Below are positions 1 through 10,650 of a stretch of 26,621 nucleotides of DNA, piece after piece. The notes beneath the pieces were generated by a model. That model had not been told where the DNA came from. It did no database searches and saw only the letters and a program-made list of their open reading frames with translations. The DNA is from Candidatus Methylomirabilota bacterium (GTDB lineage: Bacteria > Patescibacteriota > Doudnabacteria > UBA920 > O2-02-FULL-48-8): NCBI GenBank assembly GCA_035495465.1, contig DATJFX010000008.1, forward strand, positions 1 to 26,621, given 5' to 3'. The position numbers and the translations under genes are program-made. Numbering within the stretch: the stretch's first letter is position 1; every line of letters begins with the position of its first letter.

Positions 1-396
1 TCCGCTGCCGGCCAATGTTTTCAGATCGACTTGCTTTGATGTTCCGTCGTTCCAAGCAACAGTTACGACAATTTCTTTCATTCCCGTAAATCCCGAATAA
101 TCACTAATTGTATAATTGGCTGCGCCGGATGGAATCAAGCTTAACTGCGAATCGGAAAAAGTGTTCGATGGGGGTAAACTAGCAAAAGGCGTATTCCGCA
201 ATATTTCCATTTGGGTATTTGCGACGTGGTACGCAATATCTTCATACCTCTGTTTCCGGCTGATAGCTACGGTATTTAAAGCGGCTACATAAAAAACCAG
301 CAGAACGGAAAGCAAAAACATAGTAATCACAACTTCAATTAAGGACATGCCTGAATCGGAATTTATCGATTTTAATTTTGATTTTTCAGTTTTCAT
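1..396 (-). CDS. Type IV pilin-like protein with class III signal peptide (runs off the window edge)
   Basis: Manual translation from ATG at 396: MKTEKSKLKSINSDSG|MSLIEVVITMFLLSVLLVFYVAAL... This is a prepilin G|MxxxE motif followed by a hydrophobic helix, directly downstream of pilC. Not in the ORF track because it is truncated. Confidence 0.9.
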   Translation of the reverse strand, partial: MKTEKSKLKSINSDSGMSLIEVVITMFLLSVLLVFYVAALNTVAISRKQRYEDIAYHVANTQMEILRNTPFASLPPSNTFSDSQLSLIPSGAANYTISDYSGFTGMKEIVVTVAWNDGTSKQVDLKTLAGSG

Positions 397-397
397 A

Positions 398-1612
398 CTA
401 GTTGATACTTTGAGTAATACTGTAAATCGGAGTAATTAAAGCTAAGGCTAAAAATCCTACCACGACACCGATCACCATCATCATGACCGGCTCTAAAATC
501 GAAGAAAGATTTTTCATAGTCTGGTCAACCTCGGATTCGTAAAAATTGGCAACTTCAGTCAGCACGGCTTCTGTGGTACCTGACTCTTCTCCCACTTCCA
601 TCATTTGAATTACTAAATTTGAAAACAATTTCGGCTCTTTTTTAAAGGCTGAAGTTAACGGTGCGCCCATTTTTACTTTCGAGCCTGCATCAGCGATCAC
701 CCGCTGATAATAAATATTACCCACCACGTGCGAAGAAACTTCTAAGGCTTCCACAATCGACATGCCGCTCCGGATCAGCGAAGCAAACACGCGGACAAAT
801 CTCGCCAAATTAATCTTAATCACGATCGTAGAAATCACCGGCGTATATAAAATCACTTTATGTAAAACCGTCCGGCCCATATCGCTCCGCCGCCAGACAA
901 TAAATCCAAAAATCAAGCCGATAAACCCGAGCATGACTAAGATTCCATAATGGGCAAAGATATTCACCACAAAAATCACGACTCGAGTTGTGAGGGGCAG
1001 GGCAACGTTCGCTTCGGTAAAAGTTGCGGTAAGTTTCGGCAGAACAAATGTGAACATTAAAAATCCGACAATTACCAAAGCTCCCATAACAATTATGGGA
1101 TAAGTTAAAGAACCTTTGGCTTTCGACATCAAGTCATAGTCTCTCTGCATTTGTTCCGCCAGATAAGTCAGGTTTTGATCGAGATTTCCCGAAACCTCCC
1201 CGACCCGCACCATGGACACGAAAATTGCAGAAAAAACATCCGGATATTTCGCTAAAGAATCTGCTAAGGCTGTGCCGCCTTCCACCATGCGCGAAATATC
1301 CGCCACGACTTTTGCAAATTTCGGATTCGGAGTTTGGACTGCGATGACCTTCAACGCACGGGATAACGGCAAGCCGGCTTTAATCATCACGCTGAGATTT
1401 TTTATAAAAGTGATTTTATCCAGTAATTTAATTTTATGGATAAAATCAAAAGACGCCTTCCAGTTTAATCCTGCGCTCGCAATGCGAATAGAAACTGGGA
1501 TCAAACCTTGGGCGCGTAAAGCATCCACAACTGTGCGTTGATTTGCTCCAGCCATGACATCCTTTTGGAGCGTTCCGGCTTTAGTTCGGGCTGTATACTG
1601 AAAATTAGGCAT
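398..1612 (-). CDS. pilC: Type IV pilus inner-membrane platform protein PilC (T2SS F family)
   Basis: Two T2SSF repeats (NLSVMIKAGLPL...GEVSGNLD...YPII; FASLIRSGMSI...GEESG...LEP), adjacent to pilB. Confidence 0.95.
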   Translation of the reverse strand: MPNFQYTARTKAGTLQKDVMAGANQRTVVDALRAQGLIPVSIRIASAGLNWKASFDFIHKIKLLDKITFIKNLSVMIKAGLPLSRALKVIAVQTPNPKFAKVVADISRMVEGGTALADSLAKYPDVFSAIFVSMVRVGEVSGNLDQNLTYLAEQMQRDYDLMSKAKGSLTYPIIVMGALVIVGFLMFTFVLPKLTATFTEANVALPLTTRVVIFVVNIFAHYGILVMLGFIGLIFGFIVWRRSDMGRTVLHKVILYTPVISTIVIKINLARFVRVFASLIRSGMSIVEALEVSSHVVGNIYYQRVIADAGSKVKMGAPLTSAFKKEPKLFSNLVIQMMEVGEESGTTEAVLTEVANFYESEVDQTMKNLSSILEPVMMMVIGVVVGFLALALITPIYSITQSIN

Positions 1613-1614
1613 GT

Positions 1615-3366
1615 TTACTGATCTTTACTCACTCTCACCACTTCCTCAATTGTAGTGCGGCCTTGCAGGCATTTAATAAATCCGTCCTGCCACATCATGA
1701 TCATACCTTCCTCAATTGCTTTGTCCTGGATCTGGGAAGTCGGCGCGCGTTTCATGATTAATTCTTGAATCGGAACCGAGACTTCCAAAACTTCGAAAAT
1801 TCCTTTTCGTCCGCGATAGCCGGTATTGCCGCACTTGTCGCAGCCGTGTCCTTTATAAAAAGTCAGTTCTGTCAAACTCTTGGTTTTCGCTTCCGCCACT
1901 TTTTCCTGGACTAAAATTTTAATTAAATGTTCTAAATTATATTCCTTGCGCAATGTCTCCTCGAAATCTTTGTCGATTTTGTATTCTTCCTTGCAATCCT
2001 GGCAGATCTGTCGCGTAAGACGCTGACCGATCACGGCATTCACGGTGGAGGCGATCAAATACGGCTCCACACCAATATCTAAAAGCCGAGGCAGGGCGCC
2101 TGCCGAGTTGTTTGTATGTAAAGTAGATAACACCACGTGGCCAGTCAGGGCCGCGTGAACTGCTTCTTCCGCGGTTTCGCCGTCGCGGATTTCTCCGATC
2201 ATAATGACATTCGGATCTTGCCGCAAAAGTGCGCGGAGGCCCATGGCAAAGGTCAGGCCGATCTTGGGGTTGACTTGCGTCTGGTTGATGCCAGGAATGC
2301 GGTATTCGATCGGATCTTCAATCGTTGAAATATTTACCGCTTTGGTATTCAACATGGATAAAACCGTATAAAGAGTCGTGGATTTTCCGCTGCCAGTCGG
2401 TCCAGTAACTAAGAGCGCGCCATGCGGTTTTTTTACGTTCCGCATAATCACGTCGTAGTTATGATGCACAAATCCCAGTTCTTCCAAAGTCAAAGCTTTT
2501 GCTGACTCGTCTAACAGACGGATCACGACTTTTTCGCCGTCAAATACCGGAATGGTAGAAACACGGAATGAGATATTATATTCATCTTTCTGGATTTTAA
2601 ACCGGCCATCCTGAGGCAGACGATGTTCATCAATTTTCAAACTGCTGACGACTTTTATGCGCGCAATCAATGCCGGTTGAATCACTTTTGGCAGAGTCAT
2701 CACGTCATGTAAAACTCCGTCAATTCGATATCTGACCATCACTTCTTTTTCCTGAGGCTCAATATGAATATCTGAGGCTTTTTCAAATATCGCGTATTCC
2801 AATAAAGTATCCACCACGCGCACCACAGGAATCTCTTCAGCCATTTCTTTCAGTTTTTCGGTAACCGTGGCTGGCTCTCCCCCTTTTTCATCTTTTTCCT
2901 GCTTGGAAACGATTTTTGCAAATTCCGCCTCCAAACTTGTATGGTATTGTTTCAGTCCGTACTCTAAAGACCCTTTGCTGATTAAAAAAGGAATAACAAT
3001 TAAGTCCGTTTTTTTCTTAATAGCATCCCGTGTTTCTAGATCGTCCGGATCCACCATACCTAAGCTTAATTTATCTTGGTCTTTGGCAAAGGCCACGACT
3101 TGGTGGCGCCTGGCAATCGGCTCTGGCACTAACAACAAGACATCTTTGGGGATTTGGCCCTTATCTTTTAGGTCCACGGGCTGCACATCATAAAACCCCG
3201 CGGCAATGGTATTTAGCTTTTCTTCATCCGCGATTTTTTTATCGATTATCAGATCTTCTACTGGCTGTCTTTTCTTTTTCGCTTCTTCTGAAAGTGCAGT
3301 CCAATTGGCCGCCGTGACGATTTTTTTTGAAATCAGAGCTTTTCTTAATTGATCTGGATCAAACAT
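1615..3366 (-). CDS. pilB: Type IV pilus assembly ATPase PilB (GspE/PulE family)
   Basis: ASDIHIEP, RLPQDGR, Walker A GPTGSGKSTT, TIEDPIE, LRQDPNVIMIGEIRD, TGHVVLSTLHTN, and a CxxC...CxxC zinc motif. Confidence 0.96.
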   Translation of the reverse strand: MFDPDQLRKALISKKIVTAANWTALSEEAKKKRQPVEDLIIDKKIADEEKLNTIAAGFYDVQPVDLKDKGQIPKDVLLLVPEPIARRHQVVAFAKDQDKLSLGMVDPDDLETRDAIKKKTDLIVIPFLISKGSLEYGLKQYHTSLEAEFAKIVSKQEKDEKGGEPATVTEKLKEMAEEIPVVRVVDTLLEYAIFEKASDIHIEPQEKEVMVRYRIDGVLHDVMTLPKVIQPALIARIKVVSSLKIDEHRLPQDGRFKIQKDEYNISFRVSTIPVFDGEKVVIRLLDESAKALTLEELGFVHHNYDVIMRNVKKPHGALLVTGPTGSGKSTTLYTVLSMLNTKAVNISTIEDPIEYRIPGINQTQVNPKIGLTFAMGLRALLRQDPNVIMIGEIRDGETAEEAVHAALTGHVVLSTLHTNNSAGALPRLLDIGVEPYLIASTVNAVIGQRLTRQICQDCKEEYKIDKDFEETLRKEYNLEHLIKILVQEKVAEAKTKSLTELTFYKGHGCDKCGNTGYRGRKGIFEVLEVSVPIQELIMKRAPTSQIQDKAIEEGMIMMWQDGFIKCLQGRTTIEEVVRVSKDQ

Positions 3367-3414
3367 TGGTTTTTTTCTTGATTTTTGATTTCTAAGGCCT
3401 TAAAAAGTATGATT

Positions 3415-3443
3415 ATTATATCACAAAACACCAAAAACGTCAA
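3415..3443 (-). promoter_or_regulatory. Sigma70-type promoter for pilB-pilC-pilin
   Basis: TTGACG-N17-TATAAT on the minus strand, about 50 nt upstream of the pilB start. Confidence 0.75.
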
Positions 3444-3487
3444 AATCAGACGTTTTAAGTATTCATTTATATTCTACCTCCAAAAAT

Positions 3488-4189
3488 CTACTGTGCTGTT
3501 TGTAATTTTTTAATTTCTGCATCATAATCCGCCTTACCCGCAGGATCTACTTCGCCGGCTTTCTGCCACTCCACAATCGCCGCATCTTTCTGACCCAGAT
3601 ATTCTAAGTATCGCCCATAGGCTCTGACTACTTCTATAGCATTGCCGGTTTTCGTGAGCGCTTCATTATACAAATCCGTTAAATTCTTTTTCGGATCTTT
3701 CTGGCCCCAAATCCCGATATAAGTCAGCCAATACTGGGGATTTGTGCCATCTATGTCCACGGCCTTGCTCATGGCCACTACAGCCCGGTCATAGTCTTTG
3801 GAATCATTGTAAATATTCGCGTAAGTATACCAGACCTGATCTGGATAAGTATAATCCCCCTTTTCGTCCACTATTTTATCCAATGCAGCCATGGCATCTT
3901 TGTCTCGGCCCAAGGCATACCGTCGTACTGCCAACCGATAGTAAAAATCGTAACGATTCTGCGGATCCGCGGGTAGGCTGTTCTCTTGGGCTTCCAAACT
4001 GGCAACTTCCGCTTCCAGTTTCTGGCGATCCCCAGGCGTTAAGATCCGAAGCACGTCATTACCCGCCAGTTCATTGCCGCCCAAACTCCCAGATTTGCTT
4101 TTACCGAAATAACCTAAACCAATAAGAAAAATCAAAATTACGACCACTGCGACTAAACCAATTTTAGTTTGTTTGTTTAATGTAATCAT
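3488..4189 (-). CDS. Membrane-anchored tetratricopeptide-repeat protein
   Basis: N-terminal hydrophobic helix (IGLVAVVVILIFLIGLG) followed by TPR-like helix pairs (A..A..KA..IDxxNxxYW). Confidence 0.8.
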   Translation of the reverse strand: MITLNKQTKIGLVAVVVILIFLIGLGYFGKSKSGSLGGNELAGNDVLRILTPGDRQKLEAEVASLEAQENSLPADPQNRYDFYYRLAVRRYALGRDKDAMAALDKIVDEKGDYTYPDQVWYTYANIYNDSKDYDRAVVAMSKAVDIDGTNPQYWLTYIGIWGQKDPKKNLTDLYNEALTKTGNAIEVVRAYGRYLEYLGQKDAAIVEWQKAGEVDPAGKADYDAEIKKLQTAQ

Positions 4190-4228
4190 ACAGAGTTTAA
4201 CGCACCGACAAATAAAATATTACATCCC

Positions 4229-5536
4229 CTATCGCCCGCGCAAAGTTAGCAGATTAAAGACGGTTTTGGCAATAATCTCCAAATCGAACAAAATCGATTG
4301 ATATTTAATATAATATAGATCGTATTCCAGCTTCAGTTTACTTTCTTCCAAATTTCCGGCATAAACATTCAGCTGCGCCCAACCCGTGAGGCCAGGTTTT
4401 ACGATATGCCGCTCCTCATAAAAAGGAATGTCAGCTTTTAGCTGATTGACAATCCCCACTTGCTCGGGTCTAGGACCGATAACGCTCATATTGCCGCGTA
4501 GGAGGTTGATACATTGTGGTAATTCATCCAGCCTGCTTATGCGTAAAAATTTCCCCATGGCCGTAATTCGCGCATCATTTTTCTGAGTCCATTGGTTCGA
4601 AAAATCTCCGGAAACCATGGTTCGATATTTATAAATTGTAAAAATCTGTTCATCTAAACCTATTCTTTGTTGCTTGAAAATAATTGGCCCTTTAGAAGTA
4701 AGTTTTATGCCTACCGCTATGAATGGAAAAGTTATAAGAAAAACCAGAAAAATTATGAATCCGATCAACAAATCAAAAATATTTTTTACTATAGTAAAAA
4801 ATATTTTTCCTCTATATGCGATATTGCGCAAAAACCATATTTCGTCCAACGAAGGAATATAAATTCGCCTAAGTAAGCTTTCATAAAAATCATTATGATT
4901 AAAAAGCTGGATACCTTTCTTCCGCAAATTAAAAATTGTTTCGGTTAAGGATTTATTGCTATGCAGATTATCCGGGAAAATAACCACTCCTGACCGGGCA
5001 GGAAGATTTGCCAACTCTTTTTCACTGATATGTCCCATTACCCTGAAACCTAAATAAGAATGCTTAGTAATTTCTTCTTCCAGATACTTTAGTTCTTCAT
5101 TGAAGGAAAATAGATATACTGGCTGGATAAACCTGCTGAAAATCGCGATTTTGAGAATTAAATTCCAAACTAAGACCAATATAAAGGTTATTCCCACATC
5201 AACCAATAAAAATCTTCGCGGCGTCAAAATTAAGTGGGGCTGGAAATAAAAATAGCCGATTGCGATCAATAAATTGACGACCATGGCCGAGACTAGATTA
5301 AAAAATAAGGTAGTATAACGGCGAAAAGTCTCCCGATCGAAAAGTCGAAAACTAAAAAAAGTGATCATCCAAAAAACGTAGATGATACTAAAATGTAAGT
5401 AATGTAATTTTTGCGCAGCCAAAGACAGACCCTTCGGATACCAGATATGCATGGTAAGCCACAGGCTCAGATAAAATAATATTAAAATAGGCAAAATTAT
5501 CAACCAGAAACTGACTGCTCGTTTATAATTGAGCAT
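4229..5536 (-). CDS. Initiating polyprenyl-phosphate sugar-1-phosphate transferase (WbaP/WcaJ-type bacterial sugar transferase)
   Basis: N-terminal TM helices plus a C-terminal Bac_transf domain: F.Q.RIG...F.IYKYRTM, LRISRLDELPQ..N...G.MS.IGPRP, KPGLTGWAQ, YDLYYI. Confidence 0.93.
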   Translation of the reverse strand: MLNYKRAVSFWLIILPILILFYLSLWLTMHIWYPKGLSLAAQKLHYLHFSIIYVFWMITFFSFRLFDRETFRRYTTLFFNLVSAMVVNLLIAIGYFYFQPHLILTPRRFLLVDVGITFILVLVWNLILKIAIFSRFIQPVYLFSFNEELKYLEEEITKHSYLGFRVMGHISEKELANLPARSGVVIFPDNLHSNKSLTETIFNLRKKGIQLFNHNDFYESLLRRIYIPSLDEIWFLRNIAYRGKIFFTIVKNIFDLLIGFIIFLVFLITFPFIAVGIKLTSKGPIIFKQQRIGLDEQIFTIYKYRTMVSGDFSNQWTQKNDARITAMGKFLRISRLDELPQCINLLRGNMSVIGPRPEQVGIVNQLKADIPFYEERHIVKPGLTGWAQLNVYAGNLEESKLKLEYDLYYIKYQSILFDLEIIAKTVFNLLTLRGR

Positions 5537-5563
5537 ACTATTGGCAGTTAAATTAATCTCCCG

Positions 5564-6565
5564 CTATACTGCTGTCTTGCTTCCTTCTGCAGTTTTAACT
5601 TTTTGACTAGATAACTGATTAACCACCCAGTCATATGTTTTTTTCATTCCATCTTTCAACGGTGCATCTGGAGCCCATCCTAGCTTTTGTCGAATAAGGG
5701 TATTATCGGAATTCCTACCCCGGACGCCGAGCGGACCTTCTATATGTTTTATAGATAATTTTTTGCCAGCAATTTCCATAGTTATTTCGGCAAGTTGATT
5801 TATGCTGACCATCTCTTCGGAGCCGATATTTACAGGTCCATCAAAATCTTGAGATGCCATAAGACGCATTACCGCTTCTACGCATTGATCGACATATAGA
5901 AAAGAACGGGTTTGCTTTCCATCTCCCCAAATTTCAATCGTGCCGCCATCCGGCGCTTCTGCTACTTTACGAGCAATTGCAGCGGGGGCCTTCTCTTTGC
6001 CGCCTGTATAAGTTCCTTCGGGACCAAAAATACCATGAAAACGGGCAATCTTAGCTTTTATGCCATATTCCCTGGAAAAAGCTTGATAAACTCGTTCGCT
6101 GAATAATTTTTCAAATCCATAGTCGCTGTCGGGATGCGCCGGATAGACTGAATCTTCTTTGCAATTTGGATTGTTCGGATCTTCTTGATTTTCAACTGGG
6201 TAAACACAGGCGCTGGACGCATAAAAGACCTTGCCCATTTTCCATCTTGCTGCATATTCGCAAGCGTATAAATTAATCATGGCAGAATTATGCAGAATAT
6301 CTGCGTCATATTTGCCAGAAAAAAGATAGCCAGCGCCACCCATATCAGCCGCGAGTTGATACATTTCATCAAATCCATCGCATTCTAATTTCTGCCATGT
6401 TTCAGGCATGCGAAGGTCGCCAATTACAAATTTATCTGCTGCAGTCTGATTAAATTCCGGATATTTTAAATCGACTCCGATAACAAAACTGCCTTCCGAT
6501 TTGAGTCGCTTTACTAAATGATGGCCGATAAATCCGCCAGCCCCGCAGACCAATATTTTTTTCAT
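5564..6565 (-). CDS. GDP-mannose 3,5-epimerase-like extended SDR (NAD-dependent epimerase)
   Basis: GAGGFIG, LAADMGGAGY, SSACVYP, YGFEK, GGKEKAPAA, IWGDGKQTRSF and GVRGRNSDN are hallmark motifs of the GME subfamily. Confidence 0.9.
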   Translation of the reverse strand: MKKILVCGAGGFIGHHLVKRLKSEGSFVIGVDLKYPEFNQTAADKFVIGDLRMPETWQKLECDGFDEMYQLAADMGGAGYLFSGKYDADILHNSAMINLYACEYAARWKMGKVFYASSACVYPVENQEDPNNPNCKEDSVYPAHPDSDYGFEKLFSERVYQAFSREYGIKAKIARFHGIFGPEGTYTGGKEKAPAAIARKVAEAPDGGTIEIWGDGKQTRSFLYVDQCVEAVMRLMASQDFDGPVNIGSEEMVSINQLAEITMEIAGKKLSIKHIEGPLGVRGRNSDNTLIRQKLGWAPDAPLKDGMKKTYDWVVNQLSSQKVKTAEGSKTAV

Positions 6566-6608
6566 TTTTATTCCTCAATAAAAAATCAATAATAAACGCC
6601 TAGTAATA

Positions 6609-7349
6609 TTAACTTTTTCTTAAGTATTGCGCAAGTTTAATCAAAATTTTGGGAATGAAAATTGCTAGAGGATTAACCTTCAGTCCATTTAGTTCCCATG
6701 CCTTATAACATTCCAGGTTGCCCTTCAGACTTAAATTGCTTTGCCCGCCCACCCGCATTTTCAAAAATACTTCAGGAACATAAAAAGTGGAAATCTTGTT
6801 GACCTCCAAAAATCTCAAAAATAATTCATAGTCCGCGGCAATTTTAAGATCCTCACGAAAATATCCATATTTTTCGAAAACTTCTTTTCGAACAAAGGAT
6901 GCGAAATGCGGCATTTGCCAACCTTTCCGATAATCTCCATCTTTATATGCCGAGGAGCGCCAATAACGTATTATTTTATCAGGATTGTCTTTGCTGACAT
7001 AAAGCAAATCCCCCCAACAAATTTCCACATCCTTAGCCAAGACAGTCTCGACAGCCTTTTCTACAACTTCGTTATTGGCATAAATATCGTCCGCACCGAG
7101 CCAGCCTATTAGCTCACCGCTAGCCATTTTTATACCCTTATTCAAAGCATCAAAAACTCCCCTGTCTTTTTCGGAAATAAATTTAATTTTTGATCCGAAG
7201 CTTTCCAGCACTCTAACTGTACCGTCTTTGGACCCGCCATCAATTACGATGCACTCAATATCCGAATGCTTTTGGGATAGTACAGAATTAATCGCCTCTC
7301 CGACGATTGATTGACGATTATAGACTGGGATTATGATTGAAACTTTCAT
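6609..7349 (-). CDS. Glycosyltransferase family 2 (WcaE/WfgS-like)
   Basis: MKVSIIIPVYN, IDGGSKDGT, DALNKGI, GADD, ADYEL. Start trimmed to the ATG at 7349, which overlaps the end of the upstream gene. Confidence 0.9.
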   Translation of the reverse strand: MKVSIIIPVYNRQSIVGEAINSVLSQKHSDIECIVIDGGSKDGTVRVLESFGSKIKFISEKDRGVFDALNKGIKMASGELIGWLGADDIYANNEVVEKAVETVLAKDVEICWGDLLYVSKDNPDKIIRYWRSSAYKDGDYRKGWQMPHFASFVRKEVFEKYGYFREDLKIAADYELFLRFLEVNKISTFYVPEVFLKMRVGGQSNLSLKGNLECYKAWELNGLKVNPLAIFIPKILIKLAQYLRKS

Positions 7350-8619
7350 TTTTATTAGATGCAAAATATAAATGTATTCCCAATAGTAAGCCTGCAAGCG
7401 GGTTTGCAATAGCGCCAAAAATAAATAAGGAAACGAAGGCCGTCATAAAACTTATAATTAATGCGCCTCGGTACTCACGGCCATAAATAATACTTTTACC
7501 GATTATATATAAAATTATACCGATGAGAATAAAGCCGACTATGCCGAGTTCATATATTGTTTGTGAAAAACCACCTTCGATGCGCCCGCCCCAGACCCCA
7601 TGGCCGCCGGTTAATTTATCAAGCCAAGAAGGAAGAGCTTCAGTGCTTTTTGTACCTAGTCCAAATCCTATGCCATAAGTTTTAAAAATTCCACCATATA
7701 ACGCTAGTACAGGATTACCCAATCTATTGGTAACACTGGTATCATCTGCCAATGCTGAAGGCTCAGTTACTGAAGTTTGGAGTAATGCCCCACTTCTGCT
7801 TTGATTTAGACTCTTATTGAACAAAAATAAACTCACAACGATAAGAGATAATACCAAAACAGTGGCTTGGACCTTTTTTTCTCTGGAATTACTTTTTATA
7901 ACAAGCAATTCTATTCCTTTGCCCAATAAGAATAACAACAACATCATTAAACCTACTCCTGAATAAGACATCACAATCTGAGTCAATAATACTATCACGA
8001 TACCAATATACGACGCTGGACTGTATTTTTTTTGCTTGTATAAAAATTCATTGAGAATTAAAAAATAGATGCACATTGTAGCATAAAACGCAGGCTCAGG
8101 AGCAAATGAAGTAAAACCCGGAGCAAAATATTTGAATCCACGAAAACCGCCGGTTGCAAATCTATGCAGAAGAGGCGCAAATATCCCAAACCCAAAAAAT
8201 ACCTGATCTATTGCTCCGATAAACCATGCGCCAACAGCGCCAATAAAAAATGTTCCTGGAATATCTTGCCAAAACTTAAACCCAAAATAGGTCAGGATAA
8301 TCAAGGAAAAATACCCAAAAATAGACCGAAGACCTAAAACGAAATCCGCATCCTTCAAAAAAAATAAATGCACGAAAAAAACAATCCCTGTATAGATAAA
8401 AATTATTCCTAACATTTTCAGAGGGCCGGGAATATTGCGAAAGAATTTTTCTCGTTGCTCATAACAAATAACTAAGAGAAGCAGTAATGCAAATACTAAA
8501 GCCCATGGCTGAGTATCAGATGGAGTATGAATGGGAGAAATATACGGAAAAAAAACAGCTATTAACGCCAAAGTAATTAAAACTATTTTTGTCTTAGAAA
8601 CCCAAATATCTGAAATCAT
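7318..8619 (-). CDS. Polytopic membrane protein, O-antigen polymerase (Wzy)-like
   Basis: About 10-12 hydrophobic segments, FAPEPAFYA motif and G.G.G motif, inside a glycan locus. Start trimmed to the ATG at 8619 (ATGA coupling with the upstream stop). Confidence 0.65.
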   Translation of the reverse strand: MISDIWVSKTKIVLITLALIAVFFPYISPIHTPSDTQPWALVFALLLLLVICYEQREKFFRNIPGPLKMLGIIFIYTGIVFFVHLFFLKDADFVLGLRSIFGYFSLIILTYFGFKFWQDIPGTFFIGAVGAWFIGAIDQVFFGFGIFAPLLHRFATGGFRGFKYFAPGFTSFAPEPAFYATMCIYFLILNEFLYKQKKYSPASYIGIVIVLLTQIVMSYSGVGLMMLLLFLLGKGIELLVIKSNSREKKVQATVLVLSLIVVSLFLFNKSLNQSRSGALLQTSVTEPSALADDTSVTNRLGNPVLALYGGIFKTYGIGFGLGTKSTEALPSWLDKLTGGHGVWGGRIEGGFSQTIYELGIVGFILIGIILYIIGKSIIYGREYRGALIISFMTAFVSLFIFGAIANPLAGLLLGIHLYFASNKNESFNHNPSL

Positions 8620-9542
8620 TGTTTGATTTGTAATGCCAAAAAAGTAATCCGCCGGTAAGTTTTCACTCCTAAAAAAGATGCTAGGAGCAGTATAACATGC
8701 TTTGGATTCCACCAATTCATTCGAAATGCCTTTTCTAGATATCTTCTACCTCGGACCAGATCCCCATAAAACAAAAGACGATGCCCCAACTTAGCATAGT
8801 GTACTTCGAGAATATTTTTTTTCTCTGGAGTTATTTTATATTTACGCCACAACGCTTCGTAGCCCTGCACTAATCGATCAGTGTTAACAGAGAGAGAGTC
8901 TGCATATCCTTCGTAGTAGTTGATAAGTGGTTCTGGAACAACATCTACTGAATATTTTGTTGCAATTCTCGTCCACATCTCCCAGTCTTCCAGGGAGGTA
9001 AAATCCGGGTCAAAATATCCAACTTGATCAAAACAAACTTTACGTACCATAACTCTCGATGATCCTCCTATTGGGTTTTCCGTGAGTTGAGTGTCAAAAA
9101 TATTTCCTTTTTTACGAGCTAAGCGAATCCTTCTCTCGCCAGTAGCAATATTAATAAAAAACGCACCTGTATACACAAGTCCAGTAGATTCGATATTGGC
9201 CGCAAAAACATCCAGTTGTTTTTCAAGCTTCGCAGGCAGCCATTCATCATCGCTATCCAGAAAAGCGATAAATTTCCCTCGTGCTTTGCGGATTCCTAAA
9301 TTACGCGCTTCACACATCCCGACATTTTTTTCTAATTTCAAGTAAATAATTCGCGGATCAGTCAGCAGGGATTTAATTATTTGATGGGTATTATCTTTGG
9401 AACCATCATCAACTATGATCATTTCCCAATTTTTAAATGATTGATTTAGTACACTCTGGATTGCACGCATGATTAAACGCTCCCGATTATATGTAGGAAT
9501 AATTACGGAAACTTCTGGGTTTTGGGTCTGATTATTTTCCAT
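8616..9542 (-). CDS. Glycosyltransferase family 2
   Basis: VSVIIPTYNR, VDDGSKD, ARNLGI, FLDSDDEW, EDWEMW. Start trimmed to the ATG at 9542. Confidence 0.92.
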   Translation of the reverse strand: MENNQTQNPEVSVIIPTYNRERLIMRAIQSVLNQSFKNWEMIIVDDGSKDNTHQIIKSLLTDPRIIYLKLEKNVGMCEARNLGIRKARGKFIAFLDSDDEWLPAKLEKQLDVFAANIESTGLVYTGAFFINIATGERRIRLARKKGNIFDTQLTENPIGGSSRVMVRKVCFDQVGYFDPDFTSLEDWEMWTRIATKYSVDVVPEPLINYYEGYADSLSVNTDRLVQGYEALWRKYKITPEKKNILEVHYAKLGHRLLFYGDLVRGRRYLEKAFRMNWWNPKHVILLLASFLGVKTYRRITFLALQIKQ

Positions 9543-10650
9543 TGATTTTTTCTGTGAAAACATTCAAATATTCTTCGGTTACTTTTTCAATCGTAAATCT
9601 TTCGGCTCCTTTTTGCAGAAAATCCGAAGACGGAGGTTGAACCAAAGTTTCTAAAATTGCCGTGGATAAATTTATAAAATCGCCAACCCCAACCAGTTTA
9701 CCGTATTTGCCATTTTCTAAGATCTCCCTTGGCCCATGCGGGCAATCTGTCGAAACTGCCGGCGTTCCTAAGGCAATTGCTTCAGCCAGGACATTGCCAA
9801 ACCCTTCCCAGGCGGATGACAGTATAAATAAGCTCGCGCGCTTAAGATATGAATAAGGATTATTCGAAAAACCGAGCAATACAAAATCAGATGTTATACC
9901 TAATTCTTGAGATAATCGGATAAGCGCTTCCCTGTCCGGACCTTCGCCCAGAATGGCCAGGCGCATATTTTTTTCTTTTCTGGCTAGAGCAAAGGCGCGT
10001 AATAAAGTGAAAAAATCTTTCTGAGCGACTAACCGGCCGATTCCTAATACTATCGGCACTTCTTTTTGGCGAAACCATTCATGAGGCGGTTCTTGCTGCG
10101 ACATTTCCAAAATTTTTGGCGAAACTACGGGATTATAAATTACCTTAATCTTTCCTTTATTCACGCCAAAACTGACTAAATCCTCCGCGACTCCTAAAGA
10201 TGCCGCGTGTGCCACGTCCGCAAAGTTATATAAGCGATAAATAAACTTCCTTAAAATCCTTTTAATCAAGCCTTTAGGCCCATCAGACGTAACAGTTACT
10301 TGAGTGCTGACCAACAGCTTAATTTTTTCTCTGGAAGATAATTTGCCGGCAATACAAATTAGATTCGTTGGCGTTGCCAGTGAGATAATCCCATCAGCTT
10401 TAGAATTTTTTAAATAATTATAGTATTTAAAAAATGCTTGGTAATAATTTTTTGCTCCAAACTCGATGACCTTAACTCCGGAAGGGATTTCAGAAGCAAG
10501 AGTACCATAACCCTTACGAAGAAGCACCAAATCAACACTAATTTGGCGCGCCAAAAAACCTTCACATAAATTTATCATTGCTCGCTCCATGCCCCCATCG
10601 CCAAAAAATGGCAATACAATCGTAAGCTTATCTATATTTCTTGTCATCAT
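9532..10650 (-). CDS. Glycosyltransferase family 4 (GT-B)
   Basis: GGMERA, GRLVAQKDF, GEGP, SAWEGFGNVLAEAIALGTP, TDCPHGPREIL. Confidence 0.93.
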   Translation of the reverse strand: MMTRNIDKLTIVLPFFGDGGMERAMINLCEGFLARQISVDLVLLRKGYGTLASEIPSGVKVIEFGAKNYYQAFFKYYNYLKNSKADGIISLATPTNLICIAGKLSSREKIKLLVSTQVTVTSDGPKGLIKRILRKFIYRLYNFADVAHAASLGVAEDLVSFGVNKGKIKVIYNPVVSPKILEMSQQEPPHEWFRQKEVPIVLGIGRLVAQKDFFTLLRAFALARKEKNMRLAILGEGPDREALIRLSQELGITSDFVLLGFSNNPYSYLKRASLFILSSAWEGFGNVLAEAIALGTPAVSTDCPHGPREILENGKYGKLVGVGDFINLSTAILETLVQPPSSDFLQKGAERFTIEKVTEEYLNVFTEKINGK

